A stretch of DNA of 64,000 nucleotides, taken from the IMG/VR virus record IMGVR_UViG_3300007511_000004, positions 82,557-146,556 of that record; one strand, written 5' to 3'. This document shows, in pieces, positions 18,780 through 27,560 of the stretch (positions are counted from its first letter, which is position 1; every line of letters begins with the position of its first letter). The stretch is from a virus. The notes below the pieces were generated by a model. The model was not told the origin of the DNA. It saw nothing but the letters and a program-made list of their open reading frames with translations, and searched no databases. The position numbers were made by a program, and so were the translations under genes.

Positions 18780-19262
18780 ATGAAGATAGATTTACGGAAC
18801 GTGGTATCCTTTGCTCTTACTGGTACAGTAGTAGCTCTAGGATCCCTTGCCGCCCAAGATAGAATGGCTTCGGCCGCCACTGAAAGAAATTGTTTGGCTA
18901 TGAACGTCTATCACGAAGCACGTGGTGAAAGCGTGATTGGTCAGATTGCCGTAGCCCAAGTGGTTATGAATCGGGTGGATCACAATTATTTTCCTGATAC
19001 AGTATGTGATGTAGTTTATCAAGATCATCAATTCTCTTGGACTCAGGATAATATTAGCGATACTACTAGTGATACTTTTGCTTGGAATCTTGCCAAGGAT
19101 ATTGCTATTACCGTATACGCGCGAGAAGAGGATGATCCTACATCCGGCGCCCTTTTCTACCATGCGGATTATATTGATACCCCACACTGGGCTAAACAAA
19201 TGGAAACCACACTCCGTGAAGAGACTCATATCTTCTATTCATGGGATGGGGTTTGGGATTAA
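18780..19262 (+). CDS. SleB-like cell wall hydrolase (Hydrolase_2)
   Basis: signal peptide, CLA.NVYHEARGE...GQ.AVAQVV.NRV...FP.T.C.VV.Q..QFSW, GALFYHA. Confidence 0.9.
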   Translation: MKIDLRNVVSFALTGTVVALGSLAAQDRMASAATERNCLAMNVYHEARGESVIGQIAVAQVVMNRVDHNYFPDTVCDVVYQDHQFSWTQDNISDTTSDTFAWNLAKDIAITVYAREEDDPTSGALFYHADYIDTPHWAKQMETTLREETHIFYSWDGVWD

Positions 19263-19280
19263 AATTAATAAGGACATAAA

Positions 19281-19865
19281 ATGAAAATGCTTCCGAAGAT
19301 TCTAGTAGTTGGTCATGGCCGACATGGTAAAGATAGCGTGGCTGAGATCCTCCAAATGTTCTATGGGATGACCTTTAGAGGATCAAGTGAGTTTTGTGCT
19401 GAGACTGTATGCTTTCCCGCAATGAAGGCCGAATATGGTTATAAAGATTATATGGAGTGTTTTGATGATCGCCATAATCATCGATCGGAGTGGTATGATC
19501 TTATCTCGCAATATTGTGCTGAAGATCCAACCCGGCTAGGTCGTGAAATCTTTAAGGTATCGGATGTCTACTGCGGACTTCGGAATAAAAGAGAATTCCA
19601 TGCACTGAAAAATGCAGGAGTATTTGATATTGCGCTATGGGTAGATCGATCCGATCATCTACCACCAGAAGATAGGGCGAGTAATACTATTGAACCTTGG
19701 ATGGCAGATTTTGTCATTGATAATAATGGCTCCAGGGATGATCTAACCCTTGCAGTGAAACAACTTATGGATAACCTATTGGGTCGAAATAGTCCCGAAG
19801 TATCTAATATGTCACATCACCAAGAATTTGCAACTGAAAATATCATTAACTTGGATAATATCTAA
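19281..19865 (+). CDS. deoxynucleoside monophosphate kinase-like protein
   Basis: N-terminal P-loop GHGRHGKD, GLR...EF, IDNNGS. Confidence 0.65.
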   Translation: MKMLPKILVVGHGRHGKDSVAEILQMFYGMTFRGSSEFCAETVCFPAMKAEYGYKDYMECFDDRHNHRSEWYDLISQYCAEDPTRLGREIFKVSDVYCGLRNKREFHALKNAGVFDIALWVDRSDHLPPEDRASNTIEPWMADFVIDNNGSRDDLTLAVKQLMDNLLGRNSPEVSNMSHHQEFATENIINLDNI

Positions 19866-19872
19866 ATCCGTC

Positions 19873-19880
19873 TATAAATA
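19873..19880 (+). promoter_or_regulatory. late promoter upstream of tmRNA
   Basis: TATAAATA. Confidence 0.7.
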
Positions 19881-19886
19881 TTTCGT

Positions 19887-20206
19887 AAACGTTGAAGCAA
19901 CGTAGACACATACTGGACCTCGGGGCAGTGCCGAGCGACTCCACCATAAGCGCCCAGTTGGTTCCGGGTCTTAATCTCTATGAAGCACGTAAGGAAGTAG
20001 CTACCGGATCGTGTGGAGGGAACTGGCCGTTTTTGATGGGGTCGAAATTTAGGATCGACAGGTGTGAAAGTGAAGTGGAGTTTACCGGCTGAGTCGCGTA
20101 ATAGACTTACTAAACTAAATGCAAACGTAAATGCAAAACCAGAGATCCGCCTAGCGGCTTAATCTCTTGCGGTATGGGCTCCACCGTATCATCAAACGGA
20201 CCCACT
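19887..20206 (+). ncRNA. ssrA: circularly permuted (two-piece) tmRNA; tag ANVNAKPEIRLAA
   Basis: acceptor 3' strand CGACTCC-ACCA (19936-19946) precedes 5' strand GGGGTCG (20038-20044) with a G3.U70 pair; AGGATCGAC; tag ORF 20121-20162 after a TAAAT resume context. Outer ends approximate. Confidence 0.9.
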
Positions 20207-20247
20207 AAAATCTTAGAAAGCTTTTCATTAATCAAAGGATATACAAA

Positions 20248-20613
20248 ATGAAAACCCTCGCTCTTGCAACCGCGCTTTCCGGCGCGCTCCTTGCGTCTTC
20301 GGCTAATGCCGGTGAAATTGGTAATACTGGCATCTCGCTGGGCGGTACTCTCGATACTAACTACACTACTGGTGAAAATGTCTTTGCAGTAGATTTCATC
20401 CCTCGTGCTCAGTTTTCAAACTGGGGCATCCTATTCGGCGCTCAAACTACTCTTGACGTAATGGGGCTAAACGATGGTGATATCTTTAAGGGTATTGACC
20501 TTGATGCATCTTATGATATTGGTACTACAGGTCTGAAGGCCTATGGTAAAATCGGTACGGATTCAGATTTCGTATTCGGTAATGCTAAGATCGGTGTATC
20601 ATTCGCATTCTAA
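20248..20613 (+). CDS. small outer-membrane beta-barrel-like protein
   Basis: signal peptide ending ANA, alternating beta-strand pattern, C-terminal GVSFAF. Confidence 0.7.
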   Translation: MKTLALATALSGALLASSANAGEIGNTGISLGGTLDTNYTTGENVFAVDFIPRAQFSNWGILFGAQTTLDVMGLNDGDIFKGIDLDASYDIGTTGLKAYGKIGTDSDFVFGNAKIGVSFAF

Positions 20614-20636
20614 TCATGTGAATATAATATGTTGAG

Positions 20637-20672
20637 AAAGAGGGCGTCGTGACAACATGACGCTCTCTTTTT
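20637..20672 (+). terminator. rho-independent terminator
   Basis: agagggcgtcgtg-acaa-catgacgctctct followed by T-run. Confidence 0.75.
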
Positions 20673-20674
20673 CG

Positions 20675-20682
20675 TATAAATA
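20675..20682 (+). promoter_or_regulatory. late promoter for the exported-protein cluster
   Basis: TATAAATA directly after the terminator. Confidence 0.75.
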
Positions 20683-20709
20683 CCCTAGAACCACATATGA
20701 GATATATCA

Positions 20710-21261
20710 ATGCTTAATAGAATTATATTGGCGATACCGGCGATCTTTATTGCAATGAGTTTATCGGCTGAGCCTATTGTGACTGAATCAACCACCACTA
20801 GTACGGTGACGTCTAATACGAATTCCAATACTACGGTTAATGCCCCGCCGCCCTCTGCAATTTCCCCTTCGATTAATACTTCTAATTCGGACTTATGCAC
20901 AGTCGGGGTGGCTGGTGCGGTACAGACACAAATCCTTGGTATTTCGATGGGAACTACCTTCACCGAGGATAACTGTATACGGCTAAAGAATGCCAAGACA
21001 TTATTTGATATGGGTATGAAGGTAGCCGCTGTTGCAGTAATGTGTGAAAACCCACAAGTATTCGATGCTATGATGAACGCAGGAACTCCGTGTCCATATG
21101 ATGGATTGATTGGCGATGCGGCGAAAGCTGCTTGGAAGGCAGATGCTGCTGCACAGCCAGAGGAAACATTTTTTGAAAAAGGTTTGAATATTGATGACAA
21201 ATCTACGCTTATGGGCGCTGGTGGTGTCGGCAGTCTGTTACTCCTCTTATTGTTCCTCTGA
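20710..21261 (+). CDS. exported Cys-containing protein with C-terminal membrane anchor
   Basis: signal peptide, Thr-rich linker, PPSAISP..DLC..G, four Cys, hydrophobic tail. Confidence 0.7.
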   Translation: MLNRIILAIPAIFIAMSLSAEPIVTESTTTSTVTSNTNSNTTVNAPPPSAISPSINTSNSDLCTVGVAGAVQTQILGISMGTTFTEDNCIRLKNAKTLFDMGMKVAAVAVMCENPQVFDAMMNAGTPCPYDGLIGDAAKAAWKADAAAQPEETFFEKGLNIDDKSTLMGAGGVGSLLLLLLFL

Positions 21262-22078
21262 AACAGTAACTGGTTCAACGAATAATGCCGCCAATGGTAC
21301 CATGATTTGGCAGATGCCGAATATCCTACCTGATGCTACTGGATTAACCGTCGAGGGAGTTTATTTTCGTTATACTACTGTAAAAGATCCCGATTCCGAT
21401 CTAATAGTGGTGATTAAGAATGAGCACGCTGAGGAAACCGGATATATCTATTATCATGAGGATGATTGGTCAGGTGTTCCCGGTAACACTATAGTAGGAT
21501 ATGATTCGCTTACTCCAACTTTAGGCACGAACTGGGGTGAAGGCAGTATTACTACAGAAGGCGAGGGCAACGTAACCGATCCTACGGTCAGATACACATA
21601 CAGGTACGACACGTGTAATAACCCATTGGACGATCCAACCTGCCCAGGATTTGAAGATGCGCTTTATAATTACATTTTAGAGAACGTCCTTGCAAAGAAA
21701 GAATTGAGCGTTGATGATCCATACTATGACGAGTGGGTCCAAATGCAACTGGAATCTAAAGCAGAAGTTACAGAAGAATCCGAAACTGAACCTGAAGAAG
21801 ATGAAAAGGAAGAAGATTTGGAACAGAAGTTCGAACCCACTACGAATATTGCGGAGCTTGGTGGGGTCGCAGGAACACAAGCTGAAATAATAGCACAGAT
21901 AGCCTATGTCCCACAATTTGGTGTATATTACACTGCCGCTATTAATGGAGGGGTATATAATGATGTGATAACCCTTCAAGATACAGAATTACCTGACAAT
22001 GGGAGAGCGTTGAGAAGCTTGGCATCTGATGCCGTTCATCGAAATATGGTTCGTTCTCAATACGAAAACGATAACTAG
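21191..22078 (+). CDS. exported acidic protein
   Basis: signal-like N-terminus, C.NPL.DP.CPG motif, Glu-rich linker. Confidence 0.65.
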   Translation: MMTNLRLWALVVSAVCYSSYCSSETVTGSTNNAANGTMIWQMPNILPDATGLTVEGVYFRYTTVKDPDSDLIVVIKNEHAEETGYIYYHEDDWSGVPGNTIVGYDSLTPTLGTNWGEGSITTEGEGNVTDPTVRYTYRYDTCNNPLDDPTCPGFEDALYNYILENVLAKKELSVDDPYYDEWVQMQLESKAEVTEESETEPEEDEKEEDLEQKFEPTTNIAELGGVAGTQAEIIAQIAYVPQFGVYYTAAINGGVYNDVITLQDTELPDNGRALRSLASDAVHRNMVRSQYENDN

Positions 22079-22088
22079 GAGAACTAAT

Positions 22089-22592
22089 ATGTTCCGGAAA
22101 TTATTAACCATTGCCACATTCCTGCCATTGTCTACCACTGCAGTATTTGCAGAGGATAGCCCGATTTATGGATCGGTTGAATCTAAGTGTACTATCTTCA
22201 CGGATGTACCTGGTGTATACGGCCAGCCAACGCCCGGCGAATTAAGTACTGCACCGACAGCGGGTGGGGTTCAACCTAAAATCCGTTATGATGTAGTCCA
22301 GGCAGGATACTATGTTGCTAAAATCTCGTGGCCGGTGAGCTTTCTATCGTCCCCAAGTCTAACCGATACGGTTGTTTGGGACGGTGAAGTAGAGGCCACT
22401 GAAGTTACAGATCCAGCAATGTCAGCCTATGAAACGGATAAGATAGAATATAATAACACAACAGAATTCGATTTATCTGTTGCAGGTACGGTTTGGTTCG
22501 AAGTAACCTCTACCGCCAATTATGGATACGATAAAGCATTTCCGGCCGGTTCTTACCAAGCCGCGGTGACTGCGGAGTGCATTGCTCAATAA
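22089..22592 (+). CDS. exported protein, pilin/fimbrial-subunit-like
   Basis: signal peptide, I.GSV.S.C near the N-terminus, C-terminal FPAGSY.A.VTAEC. Confidence 0.5.
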   Translation: MFRKLLTIATFLPLSTTAVFAEDSPIYGSVESKCTIFTDVPGVYGQPTPGELSTAPTAGGVQPKIRYDVVQAGYYVAKISWPVSFLSSPSLTDTVVWDGEVEATEVTDPAMSAYETDKIEYNNTTEFDLSVAGTVWFEVTSTANYGYDKAFPAGSYQAAVTAECIAQ

Positions 22593-22601
22593 GGATTATT
22601 A

Positions 22602-22985
22602 ATGTTACGATATGTACTTGCTATGGCGCTGGGGCTGGCTGCTCCGGTCGCCAAAGCGCATGAATTGACCCCAACTTATTTCGAATTAAGTCCCGCTTTA
22701 GTAGATAATGTACTAACTACTCGGATGAATGTATTCAACCGACGCGAGGACATTGTGGACTACCGATTCGAGGTGTATACAGCAGATTGGGAGCCGGTGG
22801 CCTTTGCCTCGTTTGATAGAGTGTTTACTTTAGACTACCAAACTGGTACGCAAATCCCTCTTTATTTTAGATCTAGGGATCGGTCTAAAGTAGTTTATAT
22901 TTGTACTCGATCAGTTCCAGAGGCCGATGAATCTGATGGGGCAGTGAATTCATTGATCTGCTCCAAGATAAGGAGTGACGAATGA
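22602..22985 (+). CDS. exported protein, pilus-chaperone-like Ig fold
   Basis: signal peptide ending AKA, LTPTY.EL, V.N, YICT.S...ICSK. Confidence 0.45.
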   Translation: MLRYVLAMALGLAAPVAKAHELTPTYFELSPALVDNVLTTRMNVFNRREDIVDYRFEVYTADWEPVAFASFDRVFTLDYQTGTQIPLYFRSRDRSKVVYICTRSVPEADESDGAVNSLICSKIRSDE

Positions 22986-23407
22986 GAATACTTTCCATAA
23001 TCATTTTTTCAATGTTTGCAACTGTAGCGTATGGACAATCCCTGCCCGACGCCTCAGGTGCTCTTACATTGGGTATGCCGTCAGCTCCGGGTAACTATCA
23101 ATCGGACAAATTCAAGGCAAATAATCTCGATTGCTCGAATGCGATCGGGTCTGCCACTAATCTCGAATTCGGTGTAATGGGGTTAATTAACCAGGGCGAT
23201 TACTATGATGCTCTTAATAACTATATCAATACCCCCTTCCGTGACGTAGGGGTTTATGCTCGGATTGTGATACCATTAGGACAAAAACCTAGGGCAAGAA
23301 TTGACTGTAATAGACTATTTGAACTTGAACTTCAGGCTCGAGAGCTCGAAGTCATTAAACTCCAAAGAGAACTGGATGCTCTAAAATCGTTAGAATTCGG
23401 AGAATAA
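22982..23407 (+). CDS. exported protein with C-terminal coiled coil
   Basis: signal peptide, DCSNAIG, GVYARI.IP, C..L.ELEL. Confidence 0.6.
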   Translation: MRILSIIIFSMFATVAYGQSLPDASGALTLGMPSAPGNYQSDKFKANNLDCSNAIGSATNLEFGVMGLINQGDYYDALNNYINTPFRDVGVYARIVIPLGQKPRARIDCNRLFELELQARELEVIKLQRELDALKSLEFGE

Positions 23408-23410
23408 AAT

Positions 23411-24160
23411 ATGGCAGAATTAGAATTTGGTGGGATGACCTTTCGAGGCGGAAAGATATTTGCGATACTGACTGCTTTAAGTACTTTGGGCGGTGGTGCA
23501 TGGGCTGGGTTTGAGTTTTATGCTGATTATATGGATATGAAAGAGATAGTCCAGAATATCGACATTGACGAAATCGCTGCGGCTAATGAGCTACAGGTTC
23601 AGAAGCTGGATGATGCTATCCAATATACCCAAGATATCAAAAACGATCTCAGGGCTGATATCATTAGAATAGAGGGGCTGGTATCCGGTTTAGAGGACCG
23701 AATTAATGAGTCCGAGTCCACTATACGAGCCTTTCGAAACGAGATTTATGATAAGCTAGATGCCTTTGAAGCTAGATTCAGATCCGTTTTAAAGGATAAT
23801 CAGGATGCTATGGCGGCATCAGAAGAGCGGCTTAGGATCGAATTGAAGAGTAATCAGGATACCATGGCTGCTATGCGAGATACGATTGCAACTCGCTTAG
23901 AAGAATCTGAATCAAGGATTAAGGCCACACAGGGTAGTATAGAAACAACCCTTGAAGGCGTCCGGAACGAAATGAATCAAGTGCAGAAGGATGTCACTGC
24001 ATCTATCCGAGAAGTTGAAGGCACTATACGAGTTTCTGAAAAGGATGTTCGTAATACAATGCGAGAGACCGAGTCCCGGATTGATAATGAGATGGGAACC
24101 CTCGAAAGGGATCTAAAAGAAATTATCCAAGAATCGTTGGATAACCCATTGGCAAATTGA
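23411..24160 (+). CDS. membrane-anchored coiled-coil protein
   Basis: N-terminal TM, long heptad repeats, C-terminal LDNPLA. Confidence 0.7.
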   Translation: MAELEFGGMTFRGGKIFAILTALSTLGGGAWAGFEFYADYMDMKEIVQNIDIDEIAAANELQVQKLDDAIQYTQDIKNDLRADIIRIEGLVSGLEDRINESESTIRAFRNEIYDKLDAFEARFRSVLKDNQDAMAASEERLRIELKSNQDTMAAMRDTIATRLEESESRIKATQGSIETTLEGVRNEMNQVQKDVTASIREVEGTIRVSEKDVRNTMRETESRIDNEMGTLERDLKEIIQESLDNPLAN

Positions 24161-24167
24161 TCATGAT

Positions 24168-24554
24168 ATGATATACGAAATAGACGAAACTATATCAGAA
24201 CATCAGGCCCGAGACATAGATGATACTATGTCTCGGGTTATTAGTATGCTCGATCTAAAAGAATCAGTGTTCGTAACGTTTGTCAGATCCGAAAATACCT
24301 CGGGCGGATGTATAGAACTCGAGGGTGATGAATATCTTGTAGAAATCCCGGTCACAGATGATACCGAGCTATTTGTGTTACACGAGATGAAACACGTCGA
24401 ACAATATAATACTGGCCGATTAAAACAAGGTGAAATATGGTTGGGAAAATCATATAGGGGAGTACCGTATTATTCTAAACCTTGGGAAAAAGAAGCATAT
24501 AAATTCGAAAAAAATGTAAAAAGGGATTTACTATTGATCCCGGATTTGGTATAA
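24168..24554 (+). CDS. zinc metallopeptidase-like protein
   Basis: HEMKH..Q and PWE.EA. Confidence 0.7.
   Translation: MIYEIDETISEHQARDIDDTMSRVISMLDLKESVFVTFVRSENTSGGCIELEGDEYLVEIPVTDDTELFVLHEMKHVEQYNTGRLKQGEIWLGKSYRGVPYYSKPWEKEAYKFEKNVKRDLLLIPDLV
24469..24520 (+). repeat. 52-bp direct repeat, left copy
   Basis: identical to 29831-29882. Confidence 0.95.
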
Positions 24555-24569
24555 TAAACTATGATTAAA
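24523..24569 (+). promoter_or_regulatory. sigma70-like promoter, 47-bp exact duplicate of the rnh promoter
   Basis: gggatttactattgatcccggatttggtataataaactatgattaaa also at 43097-43143. Confidence 0.85.
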
Positions 24570-24654
24570 CGATATATACATTGTAGTTCGGGTGATGCCG
24601 TAACACATCCGCGGGGAGCCACGGTTAGTCCCCATTTTTTTATAAGAGGGACTA

Positions 24655-25590
24655 ATGAACTATTTTGAGATTGAACCAGAACAAAATACCTTCTCTAATA
24701 TAGTAGTAGATCTCACCCATCGCTGCAATATGGAATGTGCTAACTGCTATATTCCTAACCGTGATATCCCTGACCTAGATAAAGATAAGCTGTTCCAATT
24801 CTTATCCAAACTCCCCAGTAGAACATACATTCGTTTAATTGGTGCAGAACCAACTATGCGAGGAGATCTCCCCGAAATTATTGCAATGGTCAAAAAGCTT
24901 GGACATAGACCCAGCTTAACCACTAATGGTCTAAAGCTTGCAAATCTTTCCTACGTTAAAACATTAAAAGAATCCGGACTTCGCTTGCTACTCCATAGTA
25001 TGAATGGTGCGGACGATGATATGGTCTATAAAGCACTAGATAATGGCAAATGGGCAACTGTAAAGGTCCGAGCTCTAAACAATATATTTGCCGAAAGACT
25101 TCCAATCAATACCGGTACTATTATTGCTCGTGGCGTAAATGAATACGTTATGAATAGACAGGTAGAAGTATTTGCTGAAAGAGCAATCGCAAATGGAATC
25201 AATTTTAATACAACACCTCCATACAATAAAATAACTCCGGTTCTCAGAATGAAATCGGTTGGTATGATCGGAAGATATATGGAAGGTGTATCTTATACAA
25301 TTGATGAGTTATCAGATATGGCAGTTTATAGATTAGGTATAGATAAATCTGATATCATAAAAACATCAGCAGGTGTAGTAAAAGCCGGACCTCAATCCGG
25401 TGAAGCTTTGACCTCTTATATGTTCCCATATCAAACCAAAGCGGGTAAAGTCTTAATTAGACTTATCGATTGGCAGACGGATGACGAAGGAGTCATTGAT
25501 CATGACAATCCCAATCGTGGTAGATTAACCCAGAACTTTAAAATCGCACCATTTTTTGAGCATGTGAAAAAGAATGAAAACGGCTATTAG
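24655..25590 (+). CDS. radical SAM protein (MoaA-like fold)
   Basis: CNMECANC CxxxCxxC, GAEPT, TTNG. Confidence 0.9.
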   Translation: MNYFEIEPEQNTFSNIVVDLTHRCNMECANCYIPNRDIPDLDKDKLFQFLSKLPSRTYIRLIGAEPTMRGDLPEIIAMVKKLGHRPSLTTNGLKLANLSYVKTLKESGLRLLLHSMNGADDDMVYKALDNGKWATVKVRALNNIFAERLPINTGTIIARGVNEYVMNRQVEVFAERAIANGINFNTTPPYNKITPVLRMKSVGMIGRYMEGVSYTIDELSDMAVYRLGIDKSDIIKTSAGVVKAGPQSGEALTSYMFPYQTKAGKVLIRLIDWQTDDEGVIDHDNPNRGRLTQNFKIAPFFEHVKKNENGY

Positions 25591-26068
25591 ATATACCCCA
25601 CAGTTTGACCAATTCGTCGGTACAATTAAAGAAATGGTAAGTGGTTTACCTGACGATAAACTAAAAGGCAATTACTCACTTGAAAATCTGATAGTCGACG
25701 AATGGATAGCCGTATCGGTTTTCGAAGGGGGATTTTCTTCTGTAGCTTGGCGGCCTTGGTGGGGTAATAATTGCAGAATCTTAAATAGGTTTTATAAAAA
25801 GCCTGGATATAGGTTCGAAAATGATAAGCGTAAGGTATCACAAGAAACCCTAGATATGATTGAACAGCAATTAAGAGCTGCTTTTCATTTAGGATATGAT
25901 TGTGCTTTTATGAGTCGAGAAACCAAAACTCAATCATTCAATCACTATAAGAAACATCTACAACAACCTTGGTATTCTTCAGATGAAAAGTATAGGATGA
26001 CTGAAAATTCTTATCAAAACATTATGTGGACACCGCTAAATAGCAATGAATTAATCATGGAGAAATAA
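25574..26068 (+). CDS. hypothetical protein, possibly GNAT-like
   Basis: RILNRFY...R and G...AFMSRE pattern; weak. Confidence 0.45.
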   Translation: MKTAIRYTPQFDQFVGTIKEMVSGLPDDKLKGNYSLENLIVDEWIAVSVFEGGFSSVAWRPWWGNNCRILNRFYKKPGYRFENDKRKVSQETLDMIEQQLRAAFHLGYDCAFMSRETKTQSFNHYKKHLQQPWYSSDEKYRMTENSYQNIMWTPLNSNELIMEK

Positions 26069-26971
26069 ATGCATTATGTGATAGAAGATTTCGACTATAG
26101 TTCGGGTGCTGAAGAAGTACGCGATCTTATCGGTGAATATCGAACTGTAGTTATTCGAAATAAATCTGCTAGAACCCCGGAACAATTAATTGAATTTTAT
26201 AAAAAGATCGGTAATGTAGTAGCCCAGAATAATAAGGTTACTGGTACTATTGCAACTGGTGAACTTGTCAAAGTTAGACAGGATGGACTATTTTCCGGTA
26301 AAGACGATGGTGAATTAGAATGGCACAGCGCCGGCATGAACAGAATTGGCCATGATGATATTGTAGCAATGTATATGCACCAGGTTGCAGAATCCGGCGG
26401 CGTAACGTATTTTACTGATCATCAACAAGCTTTTGCGGATTTAGATGAAGATACCCAAAAGGTTCTTAGACAATTAAAGTCTAAAATCGTTACGTACAAT
26501 GCTAAAATGAAACTTCAAAAAATGCATTATAAAAATGTATTTAATGATGAACAGACTATGATGGAATTCAAAGATATTGACGGAAAGACCTCATTTGAAA
26601 AGCAAACCCCTAGGAAAGATTTAGTAACAAGACACCCAATTAATGGTAAAGAAGGTTTATATTTTCCATGGAGTGTCATACGAGGTTTCTCCGGATTATC
26701 CCATGATGAATCGCAAATATCTTTCCGCCCCGATCAGCACGATATTTACTATATGTTGAAACATCATACACTACAAGACAAATACGTGTACGCGCACGAG
26801 TGGCATCCGTACGATATTATTTTAAGTGATCAACATCACAGTTTACATAAGAGGGACGCATATGTTGGAGACCGTGAGCTATGGAGAGCTGGAATCTGGA
26901 TACGATCTGAAGACAAGCTCACTGAACAATGGACTTGTGAAAGTCTCGTGCCCGAAGCCTCTGACTCTTGA
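26069..26971 (+). CDS. TauD/TfdA-family dioxygenase-like protein
   Basis: LEWH, GG.T.F.D...AF..L, LVTRHP..G..GLY, Y.HEW...DI...D....LH.R. Confidence 0.8.
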   Translation: MHYVIEDFDYSSGAEEVRDLIGEYRTVVIRNKSARTPEQLIEFYKKIGNVVAQNNKVTGTIATGELVKVRQDGLFSGKDDGELEWHSAGMNRIGHDDIVAMYMHQVAESGGVTYFTDHQQAFADLDEDTQKVLRQLKSKIVTYNAKMKLQKMHYKNVFNDEQTMMEFKDIDGKTSFEKQTPRKDLVTRHPINGKEGLYFPWSVIRGFSGLSHDESQISFRPDQHDIYYMLKHHTLQDKYVYAHEWHPYDIILSDQHHSLHKRDAYVGDRELWRAGIWIRSEDKLTEQWTCESLVPEASDS

Positions 26972-27560
26972 AGAATTCGAAGCTGTAGCACATTCGCTAG
27001 GCAAACCTCTGGTTACTTCTAAACACGTTTTAAACGAATCTCGGACAGTCCAGGAGCTTAGCAACAATGGTCTATTCGGTGATGGAGAAGTAGATTGGCA
27101 CCACGACTGGTCATACGGTCGTGGCAACTATTTCGGCACAATTTTATATAACGTAAAAAATGCTCATCTATCGCCAACCTGGTTTTGTGATATGAGCAAA
27201 GCACCAGAATCTTTAAAGGATCTATATCGAGAAGCAGTTGGTGAATACTATCCGCCACAGCATCTTCATGATACGTGTTTTACCAGTAAACAGTTACGGC
27301 TACTAGAAAAACAAAAAGTTACTAGACCTTATCTGATTAACCACCACGTAACAGGTGAAGAAATTTTATATTGCAGTTGGAGCACCTTACGTAATCCTAC
27401 CGTTGATATTACCCCAATTAAAGAATGGGTAGAAGCAAATGCTTATAAGCACGAATGGGAAGAAAATGATATCCTAGTTTGGGATAACCTAAAAATGAAT
27501 CATAAAAGAGTTGCATTTGAAGGAAAAAGATTGTTATGGAGAACCCAGTTTATAATATAG
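26862..27560 (+). CDS. TauD/TfdA-family dioxygenase
   Basis: WHHD, T.F.DM, H..TG...LY, Y.HEW...D.LVWDN....H.R; start uncertain. Confidence 0.82.
   Translation: MLETVSYGELESGYDLKTSSLNNGLVKVSCPKPLTLEEFEAVAHSLGKPLVTSKHVLNESRTVQELSNNGLFGDGEVDWHHDWSYGRGNYFGTILYNVKNAHLSPTWFCDMSKAPESLKDLYREAVGEYYPPQHLHDTCFTSKQLRLLEKQKVTRPYLINHHVTGEEILYCSWSTLRNPTVDITPIKEWVEANAYKHEWEENDILVWDNLKMNHKRVAFEGKRLLWRTQFII

Noticed and set aside
19892-20092. 66-aa ORF
   Set aside because: It overlies the tmRNA acceptor piece and intervening segment.
20685-21278. Minus-strand 197-aa ORF and other antisense ORFs in the track
   Set aside because: Fully antisense to well-supported plus-strand genes, with no RBS or recognisable motifs.
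24561-24668. 35-aa ORF as a RiPP precursor for the radical SAM enzyme
   Set aside because: Its ATG lies inside the duplicated promoter with no RBS and it runs through the structured leader; the radical SAM protein lacks an obvious SPASM or RRE domain.
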